DNA from: Bacteroidales bacterium
GTDB taxonomy: Bacteria; Bacteroidota; Bacteroidia; Bacteroidales; JAQXIO01
Reading direction: 5' to 3'
NCBI GenBank assembly: GCA_029007825.1
Contig: JAQXIO010000029.1
Location: forward strand, 144,481-208,480
DNA: 64,000 nucleotides
The translations under genes and the position numbers were made by a program. Each line of letters opens with the position of its first letter. The first letter of the stretch is position 1. Shown in pieces: positions 57,543 through 64,000 of the stretch. The notes below the pieces were generated by a model. The model was not told the origin of the DNA. It did not search any database and saw only the letters and a program-made list of their open reading frames with translations.

Positions 57543-60500
57543 AGGGTACGACTTTTAAAATAGAGGCGAGAGAGTATCCGACCGACGAATATGAGATTTA
57601 TATAGGTGATGTTAACGGTGACGGAAAAGAGGATGTGATAGCTTGTTTTTTGAATAAGTCGGCGCTTAAGTTCGGCCTCTATTATAATATATATCTTTCT
57701 ACCGGGATGGGGTTTGAAAAGTACGATACCCTTGTAGATAATTATCCGTGGATACCGACTGAAAAATGGAAGAAATTAGTTTCGATTATCGATGCAGGCG
57801 GAACAGGAGTTGAAAAAATCTTATGGAAGGATATTGAGGCTCCTCATTTTACCGTAATCAAGCATCTTTTCCGTTATGATAATCCGAATTTATTTGTTAC
57901 CGATATAACTAACGGCCTGAACCAGAAAATAAGTTTCAGCTACCGGCCTTTGACTGACAGTCTGGTTTATACGAGAACGGCGAAGGTTACCTATCCTTTG
58001 GTCGGCAGTGCTTTCCCGCTTTATGTGGTGGCCAATATGCGATCTACGGATAATTTCGGAAAAATATTCTCGTCCCTTTCTTTCCAGTATCAGAATATCC
58101 GTACCCATATTCAAGGTAGAGGTTTTTTGGGTTTCGGAATGCTGTATATGCGTGATAGCCTCCTTATGCAGTCGCAGATAAAAGAGTACAGTATAGGCAA
58201 TGGTTACGATGTATACCTCTCGTCTGTTACGACGAATGCCATTAAAGCAGGCACGGAAATTCCAGTCTCTAAAATAACAAGTGAAACACTTTATCGCAAT
58301 TATGGAAATAACCGTTATTTCCCATTTGTGTATCAAGAGAAGAAGATCGATTATCTGCAGTCGTTAACCCAATCGACTACTTATGATTACGATACCGATC
58401 ACGGTAATATAAAACGCACGATAGAGCTGAGGGGGAATCTGCTTAAGACAACCGAATTTGTATGGGAGGCGAAAGACAATATTTTCAAAAACTGCCTTAC
58501 CGAGCGAAAAGAGACGCTTAGCGGCGGAGAGGGAAACGATTTTGTCACGGTTACGCGGTATAGCTATGATGCTAAGGGACGTTTATCGTCGCAGACCGAC
58601 TATTCCGGAACGGAGAAAGCCGTTACCGTTACGTATTCGGATTACGATGTTTTCGGCAATCCCCAGACCGAGACAAAAACGGCATCCGGCTGCGATGCGA
58701 TTGTTACCAAAAATTATTATGGCGATAAAGGCCGTTTCCTTGAGAAGTCGGAAGATGCCTTGGGTAATGAATCGGAGTATCAATACGATCATGCTACAGG
58801 CAATGTATTGAGAAAAGCCGGCAGCGATGGTTTGGTAACCGACTATACCTACGATAACTGGGGAAATGCTGTTTCCGAAATTACTCCGGGAGGACTTATT
58901 TCCACCTTTTCCCGTAAGTGGGATTTATCGGGTTCTGCTTATCCGCAGGCATTGTATACCGATATTGCCACATATACGGGTATAGAAGGTGCCGAGCGAA
59001 CCTGGTATGACGGCCAAGGACGAGAAATTGCGAGACATGTGCCCGGATTCGGGAATAATGCACAGGGTGCCGGCAAATATATAGTTATCCGCAAGTCGTA
59101 TTACGATAACGGTCGGTTGAAAAGTGAATCTTATCCTATTTTTTACGGAAACGGTGTTGCGGCCCCACTTACCGAATATACTTACGATGAGTTCGGCAGG
59201 GTTTTATCCAAGAACGATCGCGGTTTGGTAACCGGGTATACCTATATAACCGAAAACCGGGAAACGAAAACCACCTACCCCGATGGTACTACTTCGAAAA
59301 CGATACTGAACAGTGCGGGGCTTACACAATCGGTAACCGATGCTGCAGGGGGAAGCGTTACCTATACTTATAACAGTATGGGAAAACCCGTAACGGTTAC
59401 AGCAAACGGTATTGCTATGACCGTAGCCTATGATTACCGGGGGTATCGTGTTTCGTTGAAAGATCCCAATCAGACCGGAAATATATCTTATAATTACGAT
59501 GCTTACGGACGTTTGGCCAGTGAAACGAATGCCCGCGACAGCGTGACTTCTTACCAGTATGATGTGCTGGGACGTAAGATAAAGATGGTACGTGGCGGGG
59601 AAACCTTTGCTTACGAGTATGTAACATCCGGTAACGGGAAGGGGCAGTTGTCGACCGTCAAGAAGGGCAACAGTGTCGTGCGACGATATGAATACGATGC
59701 TTATGGTAATATAGTGACCGATACGGAGACTTTTGACGGGGTGCAATATGTGCGGCGATATGCTTATGACGATTGTCTGCGCATAAAAGAGAAGTGTACT
59801 CCTTCCGGATTGCAACTGGTTAATACGTACGATAAAGTAGGTTATCTGACCGAAATACGGAATAAGGAAGATAATGCTCTTATCTGGCGTATGGAGGGAA
59901 TGAACGCATCGGAACAGATTACACGGAGCACACAGGGGAACGGCCTGTCGCGCGTATCGGTGTTCGATTCGTACGATTATCTTTCCTCACTTACCCTCTA
60001 CGACGGCGATAAGGTGGTTGACCGGATGGTGCTGGCATTCGATTCCCTTACCGGCAACCTGAAAAGCCGGAACGATATTACGAACGGTCGTAACGAAGTG
60101 TTCGGCTATGATAACCTGAAGCGCCTGACTTCGATCCGGCTGAACAATGAGGGGATAAACTCAGTCGTATATGAATCGAACGGTAATATAGAGAGCAAAT
60201 ATAACGTAGGAAGCTACAAATATGAAAAAGACAGACCTCATGCCGTATCTTTCATAGAAAACCGGGTATCCGGATATAATCCATCCGACGTCACATTCAA
60301 GTATAATTCTTTCAACCGGGTGATAGAGATAAAGGAGCCCGGAGCGACGATGAAAAAGGCGCAGTTTGTTTACGGCTATGACAACGAGCGGAGGAAGATG
60401 CAGTATTATGAAAACGATGTGCTGAAAAGAACCCGCTATTATTTCGGAAACTATGAGAAAGAGACGGCAGGTTCCGTGACGCGGGAGTTCGATTATATCT

Positions 60501-61762
60501 ATTCGCCCGAAGGTCTTGTAGCCGTAGCCGATAAGACCGGATCCGCCCGGAAGATCCGGTATATTCATACCGACCATTTAGGCAGTATCCGGAGGATAAC
60601 GGATGCAACAAAACAGGTTCTGGCCCGTTATTACTACGATGCGTGGGGTGTCCGGACATTAGCTGAAGGAAGCGATGTAGAGACCAGAGGGTATACCGGG
60701 CACGAGCATCTGAGCGCATTCGGTCTGATCAATATGAATGCCCGTGTGTACGATCCGGTGCTGGCGCGTTTTCTCGGAATCGATCCGGTTGTGCAATTTC
60801 CCGATTTTACACAGAACTACAACGGATATGCCTACGGGTTGAATAACCCGCTGAGTTATATCGATCCCGAGGGTGAATCCGTGTTGCTCGCTTGTCTTAT
60901 TGCCGGCGGTGTAGCCGCGGGTTTAGGCGGTTTGCAAGGTTATCAGGTAGCAAAGGCAAAGGGCGCTACGGGATGGAAGATGTTCGGTTATATCTTAGGC
61001 GGCGGTCTGATAGGCGCCGGTTCGGCGGTGGCTTCCGTCTTTACCGCAGGTGCTGTGACCGGCCTTGTGGGCGGTGCGCTGGGTAGTGGCGCATTAGGTG
61101 GTGCAGTAAGCGGTGCAGCTAGCGGTGCCGTAGGCGGATTTTTATCGGGAACCGGTATGGGCTTCCTTGGTGGCGCGAAGGTAGGAGAAGCCTTTAAGAT
61201 GGGTGCGATCGGTATGGGCCTCGGCGCAGCCGGTGGAGCGGTTATAGGCGGAGTAGCACAGGGTGTTTCATCGATTAAGGGCGGCGGAGATTTCTGGAAA
61301 GGTATACGCCCCAAGTCGGATATAGTTATGCCTCATATAGAGGAGATAGAGAAGCCTATACAGAAGTTAGAAGCTATTAATCAGACTGTTGAGGTTGGAA
61401 CTATTGGTTCTGGAAATAGAGGAAATGCTTTATATCATTATACAACAGAAAAAGGATATAATGCAATTATGTCATCTAAAGAGATTTTACCTTCTATTGG
61501 AGAAAAAAATGCACGACATGGTTATGGCCAATATTTTACAGATATTAGTCCACAAGATTATACCGCTGGACAGGTTTCAAGGCGGCTATATCGAGTACCG
61601 TGGAATACAGAAAAGCTTAGATATTATATCAAGGTTGATTTAAATGGATTGGATGTTAGATACAATGGGCCTCATAATTATTTGGTTCCAGGAACAAATA
61701 GTTTACCGATAGAAAATAGAGTTGTTGATCATGGACTTTCTATATTTAAAATAAAATTTTAA
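57539..61762 (+). CDS. 3' part of the Rhs toxin precursor: FG-GAP, TcdB midN-like region, YD repeats, Rhs core, Gly/Ala-rich hydrophobic linker, C-terminal HYD1-type ADP-ribosyltransferase
   Basis: No signal peptide; 'GDVNGDG'; 'GRGFLGF'; many YD repeats; 'RGYTGHEH...NMNARVYDP..ARF..DP...Y.Y..NNP...IDPEG' core (DPEG at 60863-60874); tip 'LYHYTTEKG...GQYFTDI.P....GQVSRRLY.VPW'. Confidence 0.88.
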   Translation: MKGTTFKIEAREYPTDEYEIYIGDVNGDGKEDVIACFLNKSALKFGLYYNIYLSTGMGFEKYDTLVDNYPWIPTEKWKKLVSIIDAGGTGVEKILWKDIEAPHFTVIKHLFRYDNPNLFVTDITNGLNQKISFSYRPLTDSLVYTRTAKVTYPLVGSAFPLYVVANMRSTDNFGKIFSSLSFQYQNIRTHIQGRGFLGFGMLYMRDSLLMQSQIKEYSIGNGYDVYLSSVTTNAIKAGTEIPVSKITSETLYRNYGNNRYFPFVYQEKKIDYLQSLTQSTTYDYDTDHGNIKRTIELRGNLLKTTEFVWEAKDNIFKNCLTERKETLSGGEGNDFVTVTRYSYDAKGRLSSQTDYSGTEKAVTVTYSDYDVFGNPQTETKTASGCDAIVTKNYYGDKGRFLEKSEDALGNESEYQYDHATGNVLRKAGSDGLVTDYTYDNWGNAVSEITPGGLISTFSRKWDLSGSAYPQALYTDIATYTGIEGAERTWYDGQGREIARHVPGFGNNAQGAGKYIVIRKSYYDNGRLKSESYPIFYGNGVAAPLTEYTYDEFGRVLSKNDRGLVTGYTYITENRETKTTYPDGTTSKTILNSAGLTQSVTDAAGGSVTYTYNSMGKPVTVTANGIAMTVAYDYRGYRVSLKDPNQTGNISYNYDAYGRLASETNARDSVTSYQYDVLGRKIKMVRGGETFAYEYVTSGNGKGQLSTVKKGNSVVRRYEYDAYGNIVTDTETFDGVQYVRRYAYDDCLRIKEKCTPSGLQLVNTYDKVGYLTEIRNKEDNALIWRMEGMNASEQITRSTQGNGLSRVSVFDSYDYLSSLTLYDGDKVVDRMVLAFDSLTGNLKSRNDITNGRNEVFGYDNLKRLTSIRLNNEGINSVVYESNGNIESKYNVGSYKYEKDRPHAVSFIENRVSGYNPSDVTFKYNSFNRVIEIKEPGATMKKAQFVYGYDNERRKMQYYENDVLKRTRYYFGNYEKETAGSVTREFDYIYSPEGLVAVADKTGSARKIRYIHTDHLGSIRRITDATKQVLARYYYDAWGVRTLAEGSDVETRGYTGHEHLSAFGLINMNARVYDPVLARFLGIDPVVQFPDFTQNYNGYAYGLNNPLSYIDPEGESVLLACLIAGGVAAGLGGLQGYQVAKAKGATGWKMFGYILGGGLIGAGSAVASVFTAGAVTGLVGGALGSGALGGAVSGAASGAVGGFLSGTGMGFLGGAKVGEAFKMGAIGMGLGAAGGAVIGGVAQGVSSIKGGGDFWKGIRPKSDIVMPHIEEIEKPIQKLEAINQTVEVGTIGSGNRGNALYHYTTEKGYNAIMSSKEILPSIGEKNARHGYGQYFTDISPQDYTAGQVSRRLYRVPWNTEKLRYYIKVDLNGLDVRYNGPHNYLVPGTNSLPIENRVVDHGLSIFKIKF

Positions 61763-61771
61763 TCAAGTAAG

Positions 61772-62017
61772 ATGGAAGAAAAATATATAAAGAAATATTG
61801 GGAGGAAGAGGATATCCTGTTCTATTTACATTTTCGGGATGACTTTGCCGTAAGGCAGATAGAAGAGTCGTCAAAGGGGAGAATCTATTTATCGGAAGAA
61901 AGACCGGTTATAGGAGAGTATATGCTCTATGACCAACGGTTGAGCGATCTGGATTTAACGGAAACAGATTTTATAACGGAACAGGAATTTGAAAAGGAAT
62001 GGAAAAAAGAAAAATAA
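61772..62017 (+). CDS. Putative cognate immunity protein (small, acidic)
   Basis: 81 aa, very Glu/Asp-rich, starts 9 nt after the toxin stop, same AT-rich composition as the toxin tip. Confidence 0.7.
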   Translation: MEEKYIKKYWEEEDILFYLHFRDDFAVRQIEESSKGRIYLSEERPVIGEYMLYDQRLSDLDLTETDFITEQEFEKEWKKEK

Positions 62018-62021
62018 GGTT

Positions 62022-62480
62022 ATGATTCAATATATAGAGTATGGCGATATTTTTAATTTAGAGTCGGTTAACAGTTATGCACATGGTTGTAATTGCGCCG
62101 GGGCGATGGGAAAAGGAATCGCATTACAGTTCAGAAACAGGTTTCCAAAGATGTATTGTGAATATAAGGAGTTGTGTAAAAATGGAGATTTTAATTTAGG
62201 GGATATCTTTGTTTATAATTATGGAAACGGTTATGTTTTTAACCTCGGAACACAAAAATCGTGGAAAAGTAAAGCAGAAATTAGCGCTATAGAGCAATCA
62301 TTAAAGAAAATGCTTTTATATGCACAGGGAAAAAGTATAAAACAAATAGCCTTACCTAAAATAGGCGCGGGATTAGGGGGATTGGAATGGGATGAAGTGA
62401 AAGAAGTTATGGAAGAAGTTTCGTCTGAATATCCCGGCGTTCGGCTTGTGATTGTGATGAATTATAAAAAAGAGATATGA
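62022..62480 (+). CDS. Macrodomain protein (DarG/TARG1-like ADP-ribose-processing fold)
   Basis: ATG 62022; 'GDIF', 'HGCNCAGAMGKGIALQFRNRFP', 'FNLGTQ', 'IALPKIGAGLGGLEW'. Confidence 0.9.
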   Translation: MIQYIEYGDIFNLESVNSYAHGCNCAGAMGKGIALQFRNRFPKMYCEYKELCKNGDFNLGDIFVYNYGNGYVFNLGTQKSWKSKAEISAIEQSLKKMLLYAQGKSIKQIALPKIGAGLGGLEWDEVKEVMEEVSSEYPGVRLVIVMNYKKEI

Positions 62481-62569
62481 GTTTTTCGGCAAAGAGAAAT
62501 TTGAAGAAAATGTAATACAAAATTTTTACGGGATGAATCGGGGTGATACCTGTATCTGAAATGTGATGT

Positions 62570-62947
62570 ATGTCAGAAAAGTTTTATAATACACTTGTCC
62601 AGAGTCTCCGGCTCGTAGCTTCGCCGGCAGATATACAGATAAAGTCTTTGCCTGATTTTGTCTGTATTGCTGATGAAATAGCTTTGACTTATGACGAGAC
62701 TTATGTCCTTCTTCCGCAAATAGCGGAAGAAGATAAACGCTTTACCCCTCAGGTTATGGAGACATTGAAAGAACTCGATCGTCTGTTCGGAGAAATGTCG
62801 GAAGATAAAACGTTATGGGACATCGATCAATTAAAGGAAAATCTTAAGTGGGAGAAAAGCCGTCTGCTGGCTTACGAAGCATTGCAATTATTAGGGGAGC
62901 CATATGAGTTTCCCGATTTGGGCTATATAAGTTATGTGCGAGGGTAA
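62570..62947 (+). CDS. Hypothetical acidic protein, candidate orphan immunity protein
   Basis: 125 aa, cytoplasmic, acidic, in the post-toxin array. Confidence 0.55.
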   Translation: MSEKFYNTLVQSLRLVASPADIQIKSLPDFVCIADEIALTYDETYVLLPQIAEEDKRFTPQVMETLKELDRLFGEMSEDKTLWDIDQLKENLKWEKSRLLAYEALQLLGEPYEFPDLGYISYVRG

Positions 62948-63468
62948 ATTAATTAAATCTAATTTAATTAACTATCTTGACTGAAGTAAGTAAATTGGTT
63001 CCGAATAATCTTACTAAATATATGATTACTGATGAGATTTTAAAGATTATTACTGGCACGATGCAGTAATGAAAAAATATTACTATAAGACCGGAGTAAT
63101 TTGGGGCATGTAGATGAGATTTAAATGGCTCTAAAGTAGAAGTTCATTATTTTTATAATGCTTCCTACTAAGCAATATGTAAACCTGTTTATAAAAATGG
63201 GAGAATGGGACTCAAAAGCTTTTAAAGGGTTAAAATGAAAAAGAGATGAAAATAGAAATCTTAGAAGAACGAATTGATACTTTTTAGAATCATTTGTTTA
63301 AGAGTATTGATTTAAGAAAGTAAGAAGCTATAATGACAGAGCGTCTGCATTAACCTTATGAATCCTCTTAGCGGGGGCATAAAGAATTTTCAAAATGCCC
63401 ATCAGTTTTTGAGATTCTATTAAAATAAACAGCAGGTCATGTTATAGATTAAAATAAAAATCGGATCG

Positions 63469-64000
63469 ATGAAATATGTATTTTATCTTATCATGTTAGT
63501 ACCATTGTCGGTTTTTTCCCAGAGGTTGACTGTAAAGAGTATGAATGATAATTTGGTTGATAAATGTGTAAAAGTAGCTGATTTTTATCTTTCGAAGAAT
63601 ATTACTGATTTTCCTTCTTTATCTAAAGTTTATTCCGCATTAAAAACAGGTTCGGAATATGAATATTTTGTTCCGATTTTCCTATTAAGAATACCGGAAT
63701 TAGAGCAACGGCCGTTATCACAGATACCGTTGATTGAGTTAATAGATCGTACTCCTTCGCCCTATATGCAGGAGGCTTTCTTTAAAGATACGAGCTATGT
63801 TATCATTGTCCTCAAGGGGATCAACGATGCGATTAATACATATAACGAGCAACATACTCAAAAGAATGACTGTGCTATTGCTGCGTTGAGGGAAGGAAAT
63901 ATATATTCATATGAAGAAAAATTTAAAAGATTAGATTTATTAAAAATATATATGGCTTTGAACCCGGAAATAGAAGTTTTTTCAATTTATGGTTTGCAGA
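63469..64000 (+). CDS. Hypothetical secreted protein, 3' end runs off the window
   Basis: Not in the ORF track. My translation from ATG 63469: MKYVFYLIMLVPLSVFS-QRLTVKSMNDNLVDKCVKVADFYLSK..., open for 177 codons to the window end. Confidence 0.65.
   Translation, partial: MKYVFYLIMLVPLSVFSQRLTVKSMNDNLVDKCVKVADFYLSKNITDFPSLSKVYSALKTGSEYEYFVPIFLLRIPELEQRPLSQIPLIELIDRTPSPYMQEAFFKDTSYVIIVLKGINDAINTYNEQHTQKNDCAIAALREGNIYSYEEKFKRLDLLKIYMALNPEIEVFSIYGLQ

Noticed and set aside
62949-62971. ttaattaaat-cta-atttaattaa inverted repeat
   Set aside because: All A/T in an AT-rich region; weak as a terminator and likely chance.

Overview
64 kb of a Bacteroidales chromosome, judged from TAnnTTTG promoters, type IX secretion (T9SS) C-terminal sorting domains and typical core genes. 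Left part: a truncated beta-helix protein and a GH9, two paralogous giant T9SS-sorted surface proteins flanking a hemolysin-III gene, a metallophosphoesterase, an arginase-like gene, nifJ and an AAA ATPase. Middle: a cobalamin riboswitch controlling a single 2330-aa T9SS-sorted DUF4465 protein, three glycan-active genes, dnaG, tRNA-Ala(GGC) with a low-GC islet at its 3' end, ruvC, an AsmA-family gene, an AmgK/MurU-like pair, a cyclophilin and gnd-zwf-pgl between two paralogous beta-barrel genes. The most unusual part is 52.9-64 kb: a long structured 5' leader, two signal-peptide-bearing phage-tail-fibre/S74-chaperone-like proteins, a tiny T9SS-CTD protein, and a Sec-exported SpvB/FG-GAP/Rhs toxin (split by an apparent 1-nt frameshift). 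The toxin ends in an HYD1-type ADP-ribosyltransferase and is followed by an acidic immunity candidate, a macrodomain protein and an orphan-immunity-like tail. All family assignments come from motif recognition by eye; no database searches were run.
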